Assembly (NCBI GenBank): GCA_048571215.1
Contig: CP182352.1
Location: 352,001-416,000 of the forward strand
Source: Halarcobacter sp.
Lineage (GTDB): Bacteria > Campylobacterota > Campylobacteria > Campylobacterales > Arcobacteraceae
DNA length: 64,000 nucleotides
Direction: 5' to 3'
Part shown: piece after piece, positions 49,355 through 59,815 of the stretch
Layout of the letters: every line of letters starts with the position of its first letter
Position numbering within the stretch: the stretch's first letter is position 1
Position numbers and translations under genes: made by a program
The notes under the pieces: model-generated
The model's database searches: none
Seen by the model: the letters and a program-made list of their open reading frames with translations, nothing else
What the model was told of the DNA's origin: nothing

Positions 49355-51610
49355 ATGAAAAAAACTAATATAAAATTCTTACTGTTAGTTTTTTTAATAC
49401 AAAATATACTATTTGCAAATAATCAAAAACAAATATCTTTTCAAAATGATATTCAGCCCATATTGGATAAAAGATGTGTAGTATGTCACTCTTGTTATAA
49501 CTCCCCATGTCAATTAAAACTAAGCTCTTTTGAGGGACTCATTAGGGGTGGAACAAAAGAAGAAATTTATGTAAATAGAATCGAACCAGCAAAACCATCA
49601 AGACTTTTTATAGATGCAACAAATGAAAAAGAGTGGTCAAAATTAGGATTTTACTCTATTTTAAAAGATTATAATCAAAATAATATAATGTCAAAACTTC
49701 TGATACAAAAACAAGAGAAACCTGAAAATATAGGCAATTATGCTCCTGAAACAGATGATTTACAATGTAGTAAAGATATGGAAGAACTTGAAAAATATTT
49801 AGATAAAAATCCCAATCATGGTATGCCTTATGGTTTTCCTGCTATAGATAAAAATGAACATAATATTTTAATAAAATGGTTAAAAGGTAAAATTATTGAT
49901 GATAGGGTTGAAAAAGTAGGGGAATCTGCTGATTTAATAACTTTTGAGAAATTTTTAAATAAACCAGATATTAAACATCAAGTAACTGCTAGGTATCTTT
50001 ATGAACATCTTTTTTTAGCACATATAAAGTTTGAAGATGATGACAATTTTTATTCTTTGGTAAGATCTTATAATAAAGATGGCTCAGATATTGTTAAAAC
50101 AAGAGTACCTTATGCAAAAACAAAAAAGAAGTTTTATTATAAGTTTAGAAAAATAAGTTCAACAATTGTATATAAAACCCATATGGTTTATAACCTAAAT
50201 AAACAAAAACTACAAAGATACAAAGAGTTGTTTATCAAGCCAAAGTGGGAAGAAAAACCTTATATGCCAAGTCATGAGAGTAAAATTGCATCAAATGCAC
50301 TTACTGCTTTCAAACAAATACCTTTAAAATCTAGGTATCTGTTTATGTTAGATGATATTCATTATTTTATTATGACATTTATTAGAGGTCCTGTATGTAA
50401 GGGTCAAGTAGCATTAAATGTTATAAATGATCAATTCTGGGTTGCCTTTAAAGACCCAGAATATGATTACACCATAAAAGATAAAGAGTTTTTAAATCAA
50501 AATCTAAAAAATCTATCTTTGCCAAATGAATATGGGGGAGATAGTAATCTTTTTGATGTATTTACAATCTATAAATATAATAAGGACACAATTAATTATT
50601 ATAAAAATAAAAATAAACTTTATAAAAAATATAAAAACAGATTAGATTTTAATACCATTTGGAAGGGTAATAATTTTGGAAAAGAAAACAATGATGCAGT
50701 TCTAACAATCTATAGACATTTTGATTCCTCTTCTGTCCATAAGGGAGCTTTAGGGGATGTGCCTAAAACTATGTGGATTATTGATTATCCTTTACTTGAA
50801 AGATTATATTACTCCCTTGCTGCTGGTTTTGATGTATATGGAAATACACAACACAAAGTTTTAGTTAGAAAATACATGGATAGACTAAGAATCGAGGGGG
50901 AGAGTAATCTTTTAGAATATTTACCAAAAGATAAAAGACAAAATAGATTCAATAGTTGGTATAAAGGTACTTTGGCAAAATACTTGGTTACTTATACTCC
51001 TTCAGACTCTCAATCAAGTCTAAATTACAACTATAATGATTTTGTTGTTAAACTTTTAGAGTATACTAAAACAAAAAAAGACCATATAAACTTTATTGAT
51101 AAAAAAAATATAGTTGCTAAAGATATATTAGAATATAAAACAAAAGCTGATATTGAAACTGCTCTAAGGGATATCACCTACAATAATCATATGGATAAAT
51201 TTAAAAACTTCTCAAGTAATAATTTCAATTTAATATATATACGATTTAAAATGCAAAATGAAGATTTAGTTTATACTATGGTAATAAATAGATGGCATGA
51301 TAGTGTTGCTTTTATGTTTAATGAAAAAGAAAGACTTGATGTAACAAAAGATAAAATTAATTTTATCGAAGGTTTTATAGGTTCATATCCAAACTATTTT
51401 GTTGTTGTAGAACAAAAAGATATAAAAGAGTTTTTTGAGCTTTTAAAAGATGATGTAGATGAATCAAAACTTTTTAAATTTTTTATTAATAGAAACAATA
51501 AAGATTTTTGGAATGTTTATGATTGGTTTCAAGATAGATTTAATAAAAACAATCCAATAGAATCAGGTCTTTTTGATTTAAATAGATACCATAAAAAAAG
51601 TATTAACTAA
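49355..51610 (+). CDS. cti: Fatty acid cis/trans isomerase (heme c)
   Basis: RCVVCHSCYNSPCQLKL, YLYEHLFLAH, FIRGPVCKGQ, RHFDS, GLFDLNRY. Confidence 0.85.
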   Translation: MKKTNIKFLLLVFLIQNILFANNQKQISFQNDIQPILDKRCVVCHSCYNSPCQLKLSSFEGLIRGGTKEEIYVNRIEPAKPSRLFIDATNEKEWSKLGFYSILKDYNQNNIMSKLLIQKQEKPENIGNYAPETDDLQCSKDMEELEKYLDKNPNHGMPYGFPAIDKNEHNILIKWLKGKIIDDRVEKVGESADLITFEKFLNKPDIKHQVTARYLYEHLFLAHIKFEDDDNFYSLVRSYNKDGSDIVKTRVPYAKTKKKFYYKFRKISSTIVYKTHMVYNLNKQKLQRYKELFIKPKWEEKPYMPSHESKIASNALTAFKQIPLKSRYLFMLDDIHYFIMTFIRGPVCKGQVALNVINDQFWVAFKDPEYDYTIKDKEFLNQNLKNLSLPNEYGGDSNLFDVFTIYKYNKDTINYYKNKNKLYKKYKNRLDFNTIWKGNNFGKENNDAVLTIYRHFDSSSVHKGALGDVPKTMWIIDYPLLERLYYSLAAGFDVYGNTQHKVLVRKYMDRLRIEGESNLLEYLPKDKRQNRFNSWYKGTLAKYLVTYTPSDSQSSLNYNYNDFVVKLLEYTKTKKDHINFIDKKNIVAKDILEYKTKADIETALRDITYNNHMDKFKNFSSNNFNLIYIRFKMQNEDLVYTMVINRWHDSVAFMFNEKERLDVTKDKINFIEGFIGSYPNYFVVVEQKDIKEFFELLKDDVDESKLFKFFINRNNKDFWNVYDWFQDRFNKNNPIESGLFDLNRYHKKSIN

Positions 51611-51701
51611 TTTTTTTTCAAAATATCTAAAAAAATATACTTAAGATAATTCAAACAATTATTTATATAAAATATAATTAATTATATTATTAAGAGTACC
51701 C

Positions 51702-53201
51702 ATGAAAATTATAAAATCTGCAACATTAAATGAGATCGATGCAAAAGAGGTAGAAGTAGAAGCTACCTTTACGAAAGGTTTGCCAAGTTTTACTATAGTA
51801 GGGCTTGCTACAAATAGTATTCAAGAGTCAAAAGATAGAGTAAAATCAGCATTGCTTACAAATGATTATAAATTTCCACCTAAAAAAATCACTGTAAATT
51901 TAGCTCCAAGTGAGATAAAAAAGGGTGGAACACATTTTGATTTGTCCATTGCGCTTTTAATTTCACTTTATGAAAATAAAAATATAAAATTTGAGGATTT
52001 TCATATTTTTGGAGAATTATCATTAAATGGACAGATAAATGATAGTAGTCAAATCTTTCCTATAATCTTATCTTTAGCTAAGCAAAAGAGTTTGAAAAAA
52101 GTACTTGTATGTAAAAAAAGTGCAAAAAAAATATCAAAAATACCAAATATAGAAGTATATTGTGTAGAGAGTTTAGTTGAAGCTATCAAATTTTTTATAA
52201 GTGATAAAAAAAGTGAATATAGGTACAAAAATGAAAAGTTTGAGTATAAAAAGATTATTATAGATAATAAAGAGTTTTACTATACAAATAGTTATGCCTT
52301 GGATTTTAAAGATGTAAAAGGGCAAGAAAATGCAAAAAGAGCAGCTTTAATAAGCAGTGCAGGAAACCATAATATACTTTTTGAAGGAAGTCCTGGATGT
52401 GGTAAATCTATGATTGCAAAGAGATTGCAGTATATTATGCCCCCTATGAGTATAGATGAGATACTAGAGATTGCAAAGTTACAAGCACTTGATTTAAAAG
52501 AACCAGATTTTAAACCTATTAGGGTTTTTAGAAGCCCACATCAATCAAGCACAAAAGCTTCTATAATAGGTGGAAATAATATAGGAGAGATAGCTTTAGC
52601 AAATAACGGAATACTTTTTTTTGATGAAATACCCCATTTTAGTAGTACTATTTTAGAAGCTTTGAGAGAGCCTTTGGAGGATTATAAACTTTTAGTTAGT
52701 CGTGCAAGCTCAAAAGTAAAATTTGATACAAAATTTTTATTTATAGCAGCTATGAACCCTTGCCCTTGTGGAAATCTATTATCTTTAAACAACAGTTGTA
52801 GATGTAATGAGTTAGAGATAAAAAGGTATAAAAACAAGCTTTCTGAACCATTTTTAGATAGGATAGATTTATATATAGTGATGAATGAATCAGATATTAA
52901 ACAAAAAGCTTCATATAGCTCAAAGCAATTTCATATGGAAGTTATAAAAGCCTTTGCCAAACAAAAACAAAGAGGACAAAAAGAGTTAAATGGTAAACTA
53001 AGTGATGAAGAGATTTTGAAGTATTGTCTCTTGGATGAAGAGTGTAAAAATATTTTAGATAAAGCAACAATGAACTTTAATTTATCTTTTAGAAGTGTAA
53101 ACAAGGTTTTAAAAGTATCAAGAACTATTGCAGATTTACAAGGGTGTTTAAATATTGAAAAAAATCATTTGATGGAAGCCTTAAGTTATAGAAGAAGATA
53201 G
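51702..53201 (+). CDS. YifB/ComM Mg-chelatase-like AAA+ ATPase
   Basis: IVGL...ESKDRV, NLAP, GSPGCGKS, FRSPH, AMNPCPCG, DRID. Confidence 0.9.
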   Translation: MKIIKSATLNEIDAKEVEVEATFTKGLPSFTIVGLATNSIQESKDRVKSALLTNDYKFPPKKITVNLAPSEIKKGGTHFDLSIALLISLYENKNIKFEDFHIFGELSLNGQINDSSQIFPIILSLAKQKSLKKVLVCKKSAKKISKIPNIEVYCVESLVEAIKFFISDKKSEYRYKNEKFEYKKIIIDNKEFYYTNSYALDFKDVKGQENAKRAALISSAGNHNILFEGSPGCGKSMIAKRLQYIMPPMSIDEILEIAKLQALDLKEPDFKPIRVFRSPHQSSTKASIIGGNNIGEIALANNGILFFDEIPHFSSTILEALREPLEDYKLLVSRASSKVKFDTKFLFIAAMNPCPCGNLLSLNNSCRCNELEIKRYKNKLSEPFLDRIDLYIVMNESDIKQKASYSSKQFHMEVIKAFAKQKQRGQKELNGKLSDEEILKYCLLDEECKNILDKATMNFNLSFRSVNKVLKVSRTIADLQGCLNIEKNHLMEALSYRRR

Positions 53202-53252
53202 ATTAAGTTATATATTTATCATAATATTGTAAAATTTTTTTAAAGGAATAAT

Positions 53253-53879
53253 ATGGAGTTTAATGTCTGGTTGACCATGTTTTTAGCTTCAATTGCAATT
53301 TCTATTTCACCTGGTGCAGGAGCTGTTGTTTCAATGAATCATGGACTGAAATATGGACTTAAAAAATCATATCCTGCAATTTTTGGCTTGCAACTTGGGT
53401 ATTTAGTTCAAGCATTTATTGTAGTTATTGGATTGGGTGCAATTATTGCTAAATCAGTTTTTATTTTTAATATTATCAAATGGATTGGTGTAGCTTATTT
53501 AGTATATTTAGGACTTAGTAAAATCTTTGAGAAGGTTGAAGTTTTAGATGAAGGTGAGATAATAACTTCATATAATCCTAAAAAGGCTTTTTTAAATTCT
53601 ACTTTTGTTAATCTAACAAATATCAAAGCAACTGTTTTTTTAGTGGCATTTATACCCCAATTTATAAATCCTAATCTATCAATATTTTTACAATTTTTAA
53701 TTATCTCTTTAACTTTGTGTATTGTAGATATTATTGTTATGACAGGATATTCTTCCCTTGCCTCAAAATTAAAGTTTTTATTAAAAGATAAAAAGGCAAT
53801 AAAAACCCAAAATAGAATCACAGGGATAATGCTTATCTTGGCTGCTATTTTTATGTCAAATGCTAAAAAACTAAATTAA
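53253..53879 (+). CDS. LysE/RhtB family amino-acid exporter
   Basis: ISPGAG, KWIGVAYL, NLTN.K..VF, PQF. Confidence 0.88.
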   Translation: MEFNVWLTMFLASIAISISPGAGAVVSMNHGLKYGLKKSYPAIFGLQLGYLVQAFIVVIGLGAIIAKSVFIFNIIKWIGVAYLVYLGLSKIFEKVEVLDEGEIITSYNPKKAFLNSTFVNLTNIKATVFLVAFIPQFINPNLSIFLQFLIISLTLCIVDIIVMTGYSSLASKLKFLLKDKKAIKTQNRITGIMLILAAIFMSNAKKLN

Positions 53880-53986
53880 GATTTATTAGGAAATATATGG
53901 TTTTGAATTTACTAATATTTATTGTATAATTCAAAAAATTTAGATTTTACGAAGATAAACTTCGTATTGATTACAAAAGGAAAAAA

Positions 53987-54871
53987 ATGACAAGATGTGG
54001 ATATGTTTCAGTAGTTGGACGTCCAAATGCAGGTAAAAGTTCACTTTTAAACTGGCTAGTTGGAGAAAAGATAGCGATGGTTTCACATAAAGCCAATGCA
54101 ACAAGAAAAAGATCAAATATAATAGTGATGCATAATGAAGATCAAATAGTATTTGTAGATACTCCAGGGCTTCATGAAACAGAAAAACTTTTAAATCAAT
54201 TTATGCTTGATGAGGCATTAAAGGCTATTGGAGACTGTGATTTGATTTTATTTTTAGCTCCAATAACAGATAAAATACACCATTATGAGAGTTTTTTAGA
54301 AAAAAACAAAAAAAATACTAAACATATATTGTTACTTACAAAAATTGACAATGTAACAAACAACGAAGTTCTTGAAAAAATAAAAGAGTATGAAGAGTAT
54401 CAAGATAGATACGAATCTATTATTCCTATATCAATTAAGAAGCAAACAAAACAATCAGATATTTTAGATGAGGTTGTAAAGCACCTTCCCGAATATCCAT
54501 ATCTATTTGACCCAGAGATTTTAACAACAGAACATTTACGAGATATATACAAAGAGTTTATTAGAGAATCTATTTTTGAAAATATTTCCGATGAGATTCC
54601 TTATGAAACTGATGTTCTAATAAATAAAGTTGAAGAGAAAAAAGACTTAGATGTTATCAAAGCTACAATCATAGTACAAAAAAGTACTCAAAAAGGGATG
54701 ATTATAGGTAAGGGTGCAACTGCTATAAAACGTATTGGAAAAGATGCTAGAATTAAAATCGAAAAACTAACTGGAAGAAAGTGTTATTTAGAACTTTTCG
54801 TATCAATTAAAAAAGGGTGGACTAAAAATAAACAAGGTCTAAAAGAGCTTGGTTATGATGTAACCTTTTAA
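53987..54871 (+). CDS. era: GTPase Era
   Basis: GRPNAGKS, DTPG, TKID, KH domain (IIGKG). Confidence 0.95.
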   Translation: MTRCGYVSVVGRPNAGKSSLLNWLVGEKIAMVSHKANATRKRSNIIVMHNEDQIVFVDTPGLHETEKLLNQFMLDEALKAIGDCDLILFLAPITDKIHHYESFLEKNKKNTKHILLLTKIDNVTNNEVLEKIKEYEEYQDRYESIIPISIKKQTKQSDILDEVVKHLPEYPYLFDPEILTTEHLRDIYKEFIRESIFENISDEIPYETDVLINKVEEKKDLDVIKATIIVQKSTQKGMIIGKGATAIKRIGKDARIKIEKLTGRKCYLELFVSIKKGWTKNKQGLKELGYDVTF

Positions 54872-54956
54872 AATAATAAAAATATATATTTATTTAAACT
54901 TATTTAAAACAATTTGATAATAAAATCTATTATAAAAAACTATAAAAGGTTTTATT

Positions 54957-55760
54957 ATTGAAGTTTATTATATAAAAGCAAGTGAAGAGATCTCTTCAAA
55001 ACTATTAAAAGATTTTTTTCTAACAAATTTAAAAAGTCAAAATATAGTATTTAGTAAAAAAACTTATATCTATTATAGATTTATAGAAGAGTTCAAGCAA
55101 TATTTACTTTTAGTATTTGAAAAGTATAATGATGAAACTCCCTCATTTTTATTATATGAAAGTAGTGAAAATGAGATTTTTTTTGATGAAAACTATTTTG
55201 TTTTTTATAAAAATGGCTTAGCTTATTATTTTCAAAAATTAAGTAAAAACTACAATAAAGATGAGTTAATAGAGTTTATAAAAAGTAGGTTTAGTCTAAA
55301 AAATTTAAAAATCTCAGACTCAAAACAAGCAAAAATAAATAACTCAAATATTGACAAGCTTCCACTTCTAAAAACTAAAAATTCAAATATCTTTAAATCT
55401 TATTTACTCTATTTAGTTTTAATGCTTTTAGTAGTTGTTTTTTTAAACTATCAAAATAGAAGTTCAAAAAATACAAGTTTAGGAAGTATAAATAAAAATA
55501 TCTCATATATAAAAAAAGAGAATAATTTTGTTTCCATATCTAAAACCCTATTTGATATAGAACAAAAAGCAAAAGATAGCAAAGTTGAAATACTCTCTTT
55601 TATTTTAAAAAATTCGAAAATATCTATAGTGTGTGAAAGTAAAAAAAAGCAAATGGCATATGCTTTTCTAAAGAATTTTAAAAATAGTTCGATAGAGAGT
55701 ACAAATTTTGATAAAAATAAAAAAAAGTATATAACAAATGCAGTTTTTAGAATCTATTGA
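54957..55760 (+). CDS. Hypothetical T2SS/pilus accessory (PilM/N-like) protein, probably starting at ATT
   Basis: Frame open from 54936 with no ATG/GTG/TTG until 55422; AAAGGT RBS before ATT; one TM; first gene of the gspE/F-like operon. Confidence 0.55.
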   Translation: MEVYYIKASEEISSKLLKDFFLTNLKSQNIVFSKKTYIYYRFIEEFKQYLLLVFEKYNDETPSFLLYESSENEIFFDENYFVFYKNGLAYYFQKLSKNYNKDELIEFIKSRFSLKNLKISDSKQAKINNSNIDKLPLLKTKNSNIFKSYLLYLVLMLLVVVFLNYQNRSSKNTSLGSINKNISYIKKENNFVSISKTLFDIEQKAKDSKVEILSFILKNSKISIVCESKKKQMAYAFLKNFKNSSIESTNFDKNKKKYITNAVFRIY

Positions 55761-56379
55761 ATCAAAATTTGAAAAGCTATCAACTTTTATAAAAATTGAA
55801 CTATTTATAAGCCCTTGTATATTAGTTTTAATCTTTTATTATTTTCAAGAACCTAAGAAGCTTATCTCTAAAAACTTTATAAATAGTGGTGTTGAAGTCA
55901 ATAAATTACATATGAATATAAACATGCTTGAAGTATTAAACGATATAGAAAAATTTGCAATAAAAAACAATATAAAACTTTTAAATATATCAAATACACA
56001 AGATAGAGTGAAAGTATCTATAAAAACAAAAAGTTTTTATGACTTTATTATATTTCTAAATTTTTTAGAACACTATAACTCATTTTCAAAAATTATTAGT
56101 ATAGAAGATAATTCTATTTTAAAAGAGATAGAAATAGGTTTTGATAGATTTTATGTAAAAAAAGACTCAGACTTTATAAAACAAATTGATAAAAAAACTA
56201 CCCTAAATAAAAAGTTTAATTTAAAAGCAATTGTAAATAAAAAACTTTTCATAGATAATAGATGGCTAAAAATAGGGGATACCTTAGGAAAATACAAAAT
56301 AGTCGAAATTGATAAAAATAGTATTTATTTAAAAAGTGAAAAAAGTGTTTTAAAGTTGGAGGTATTTAATGGAAAGTAG
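55738..56379 (+). CDS. Hypothetical T2SS/pilus accessory protein (PilO/P-like)
   Basis: One N-terminal TM; C-terminal KIGDTLGKYKIVEI; operon context. Confidence 0.55.
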   Translation: MQFLESIESKFEKLSTFIKIELFISPCILVLIFYYFQEPKKLISKNFINSGVEVNKLHMNINMLEVLNDIEKFAIKNNIKLLNISNTQDRVKVSIKTKSFYDFIIFLNFLEHYNSFSKIISIEDNSILKEIEIGFDRFYVKKDSDFIKQIDKKTTLNKKFNLKAIVNKKLFIDNRWLKIGDTLGKYKIVEIDKNSIYLKSEKSVLKLEVFNGK

Positions 56380-57721
56380 TTTTGATTATGTTGTTGATTA
56401 TAAGCTTGTTTCAAATTATGATTATGAGAAATTGAAAAGTTCTTTAGTGCTTCCCATAAAAAGTGAGGGTGTATACCTAAACTGTTTTGTCTGCAAACAA
56501 AGCAATTTTGAAGAGCTTGATATTAAGCTTTTGATAAAAAAAATAACTCTTAATAAAAATGAGATTCTATTTTTTTTAGATGATATAAAAATAAGGACAA
56601 AACTATATAACCTAAGTCAAATATGCATGAAAAGTAACCAAGTTGATGGTAGTTATATAAAAGAGTTTATTAATATTTTACTAAATAAAGCTATTGCTCT
56701 TAGGTGTAGTGATATTCATATAGAAAGTTTTGAAAATAGCGTTTGTTTTAGATTTAGAATAGATGGAGTACTAAAACTTTTTTATGTTTTTGACAAAGGT
56801 TTTTTTAAAATAATAAGTTCTTATATAAAGGTCTTATCAAAACTTGATATGACTCAAATTCGACTGCCACTTGATGGAGCTTTTAATTTATATTTAAATA
56901 ATAGAAAATATGATTTTAGAGTTTCAACTATGCCAACTATATATGGAGAATCTATTGTTTTAAGGGTTTTAGATAGTAAAAAAGTAAAAAAAGATTTAAA
57001 AAGTTTAGGATTTTCAAATCATACTTTTACTGAGATATCACAGTTCTCAAAACTCAATCAAGGATTAGTTTTAGTATCAGGACCTACAGGTTCAGGGAAA
57101 AGTACGAGCCTTTATTCTATTATCAACACCTTAGATAAAAAAACAAAAAAGATTATAACAATAGAAGACCCAGTAGAGTACAAAATAGAACAAGTTCAAC
57201 AAATCAATATTCAAGAAGAAATTGGACTTAGTTTTGATAGGGTATTAAAAAACATATTGAGGCAAGACCCCGATATCATCCTTATTGGAGAGATAAGAGA
57301 TAGTTACTCTTTACAAATCGCCTTGCAAGCTTCTTTAACAGGTCATTTGGTTTTTGCTTCAGTTCATGCAAATGATTCTGTAGAAACTCTTTTTAGGCTT
57401 ATTGATTTAAAAGCAGATAAATATTTACTTGCAACAACTTTAAAATATATCTTATCCCAAAGACTTGTATTAAACTTATGTGAAGAGTGTAAAGGTGTAG
57501 GGTGTAGCAGGTGCAATTATAGTGCTTATTATGAAAGAAGTTGTGTAGCTGAGGTTTTGAAAATAGATACAACTATAGCTTCACAAATTTTACAAGAAAG
57601 CTGCATATCTGAGATTAAAGATTATTTGAAAACTATTAATTTTAAAACTATGCTTGATGATGGGAAACAAAAAGTAAAAGAAAATAAAACAAGTTTAGAA
57701 GAACTTTATAGGGTAATATGA
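56369..57721 (+). CDS. GspE/PilB-family secretion/competence ATPase
   Basis: SDIHIE, RFRIDG, GPTGSGKS, TIEDPVE, LRQDPD, TGHLV. Confidence 0.92.
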   Translation: MESSFDYVVDYKLVSNYDYEKLKSSLVLPIKSEGVYLNCFVCKQSNFEELDIKLLIKKITLNKNEILFFLDDIKIRTKLYNLSQICMKSNQVDGSYIKEFINILLNKAIALRCSDIHIESFENSVCFRFRIDGVLKLFYVFDKGFFKIISSYIKVLSKLDMTQIRLPLDGAFNLYLNNRKYDFRVSTMPTIYGESIVLRVLDSKKVKKDLKSLGFSNHTFTEISQFSKLNQGLVLVSGPTGSGKSTSLYSIINTLDKKTKKIITIEDPVEYKIEQVQQINIQEEIGLSFDRVLKNILRQDPDIILIGEIRDSYSLQIALQASLTGHLVFASVHANDSVETLFRLIDLKADKYLLATTLKYILSQRLVLNLCEECKGVGCSRCNYSAYYERSCVAEVLKIDTTIASQILQESCISEIKDYLKTINFKTMLDDGKQKVKENKTSLEELYRVI

Positions 57722-58908
57722 TGAAATATACTGTTTTTTATCAAGAGGATTCAAAAATAAAAAAAGTTATCCTTAGTAAAAAGCAATTAGAAGAGAATAA
57801 GCTACCCGAAAATATAATTAAAATAAAAAAAAGATTTACTCTTTTGGCTTGGGATTTACATTTAAATAAAACAGTTCCAGAAAAAAAACTAAAAAATGTT
57901 TTTTATGAGTTATCTGTTATGTTAGAATCAAAAATTCTACTAAATGAAGCTCTTGAGATTTTGATAAAAAATGAAAAAAATATCAATACAAAAGAGTTTC
58001 TAAAAGCATTAAATAGCTCTTTTTCTTCTACGGGAAATTTAAATGTTGTATTAAAAAAGTTCAAAGTACCAGTTTTAGTAAAATCATTTTTTACTATTAT
58101 TTATGAGAGTGGAGATTCTATATCAAATATAAAAATTTTAAGTCAGATATTAAGTGAAAACTATGAGATAAAAAAAGAGTTTAAAAAAGTGATGTTTTAT
58201 CCCTTGATATTATTAATAAGTTTTATTCTTGCACTAATTGGAATATTTAAATTTGTGGTTCCTAAGTTTGAAGTTATGTTTACCCAATACTCTATGGAAC
58301 TTTCCATTTGGACAAGAACACTTTTTTTTGTTAAAGATATTTATGAAAACTATCTACTCTTGATTGTTTTTCTAATATCACTTGTATCTTTCCTTTTTAT
58401 TTATATCTATAGAAAGTTTTCCAAGTTTAGGTATTTTGTTTGTTATATTATTGCTAAAAAACTTTGGCTAATAAGTGATATTTATATGGCAAAAGTTTTT
58501 TATGAATTTTTCTTTTCTATGGAGAATCTTTTGAAAAATAGGTATAAATTTCATCGATGTTTAACAAAATCGAAAGTTTTAATTGAAAATTATTACCTTT
58601 TAGATAGAATTACTCAAATTGAAAACTTATTAAAAAGTGGAAAAAGTATTGAGTTTTCAATGTCACAATCAAAACTATTTGATGAGCTTGTTTTAAGCCT
58701 GATTAGAACAGGGGAGATATCAAACTCCTTAGAGCTTATGATTAGTGAGATAAAGAATATATATATAAAAAGATTTAATGATAGATTGAAACTTTTTTCA
58801 TTGGCTATAGAACCTATATTTTTCATGATTATTATGATACTAATTGTATGGATAATATTAGCAATTTTTGTACCCTTGTGGAGTATTGGTGATATGCTTA
58901 AAATTTAA
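57718..58908 (+). CDS. GspF/PilC-family platform protein
   Basis: MFYP..., VVPKF, GE.S..L, IEP..., IFVP. Confidence 0.85.
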   Translation: MMKYTVFYQEDSKIKKVILSKKQLEENKLPENIIKIKKRFTLLAWDLHLNKTVPEKKLKNVFYELSVMLESKILLNEALEILIKNEKNINTKEFLKALNSSFSSTGNLNVVLKKFKVPVLVKSFFTIIYESGDSISNIKILSQILSENYEIKKEFKKVMFYPLILLISFILALIGIFKFVVPKFEVMFTQYSMELSIWTRTLFFVKDIYENYLLLIVFLISLVSFLFIYIYRKFSKFRYFVCYIIAKKLWLISDIYMAKVFYEFFFSMENLLKNRYKFHRCLTKSKVLIENYYLLDRITQIENLLKSGKSIEFSMSQSKLFDELVLSLIRTGEISNSLELMISEIKNIYIKRFNDRLKLFSLAIEPIFFMIIMILIVWIILAIFVPLWSIGDMLKI

Positions 58909-58919
58909 GAGGATAATAA

Positions 58920-59492
58920 ATGAGTAAAGAATTAGAGTTTGAAAACTCTGTAAAAAATATTTTAGAATATATTGGTGAAGATATTAGCAGAGAGGGTTTA
59001 GAAAAAACTCCAAGTAGAGTTAGAAAAGCTTTTGAATTTATGTGTGGTGGTTATAGGCAAGATCCAAAAGAGATTATAAATCAAGCCTTATTTACAAGTA
59101 CAAATGATGAGATGGTAGTTATAAAAGATATTGAGTTTTATTCTATGTGTGAACACCATATGTTGCCAATTATAGGGAAAGCTCATGTGGCATATATCCC
59201 AAATGGAAAGGTTGTGGGACTTAGTAAAATACCAAGAATTGTTGATGTATTTGCAAGAAGATTACAAATTCAAGAGCAAATGACAGAACAAATCTGTGAT
59301 GCACTTAATGAAGCCTTAAACCCAAAAGGGGTTGCAGTGATGATTGATGCAAGACATATGTGTATGGAAATGAGAGGGGTTGAAAAAATCTGCTCTACTA
59401 CTGTAACATCAGCTCTAAGAGGCTTATTTAAACGTGAGAAGAAAACAAAAGATGAGTTTTTATCTATAGTTGCTCAGTCTTTGCATAAGTAG
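58920..59492 (+). CDS. folE: GTP cyclohydrolase I
   Basis: [32 protein letters not shown]. Confidence 0.96.
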   Translation: MSKELEFENSVKNILEYIGEDISREGLEKTPSRVRKAFEFMCGGYRQDPKEIINQALFTSTNDEMVVIKDIEFYSMCEHHMLPIIGKAHVAYIPNGKVVGLSKIPRIVDVFARRLQIQEQMTEQICDALNEALNPKGVAVMIDARHMCMEMRGVEKICSTTVTSALRGLFKREKKTKDEFLSIVAQSLHK

Positions 59493-59497
59493 TAACT

Positions 59498-59815
59498 TTG
59501 TTAGATAAAATAAAAAATTTAGAGTTTAAATATTATGATGTAAATGGATATATTTATCCTTTTGTGATGTTAGATGGAACAAAAGAAAAAATAGGTGAAG
59601 ATGAATACAGTTTTGATATGGTTTGTACTGCTACAAACTTATCTGCAAATGGGTCTGTATTTTTAAGATTGAAAATTATTGAGGATGAAGTATATTTTAG
59701 GACCAATTATTTTGCAAATAGTACAGAATATACGAAACTAAAAAAAATTGATGAAAACAATTACAATGTTGATTTCAATGGGGATACCTTAGAGCTAAAA
59801 GTTATCCTTTTATAA
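59498..59815 (+). CDS. Hypothetical protein
   Basis: 105 aa ORF directly after folE. Confidence 0.55.
   Translation: MLDKIKNLEFKYYDVNGYIYPFVMLDGTKEKIGEDEYSFDMVCTATNLSANGSVFLRLKIIEDEVYFRTNYFANSTEYTKLKKIDENNYNVDFNGDTLELKVILL

Noticed and set aside
53948..53966. TACGAAG-ataaa-CTTCGTA hairpin upstream of era
   Set aside because: Single 7-bp stem with no second copy or other support for function
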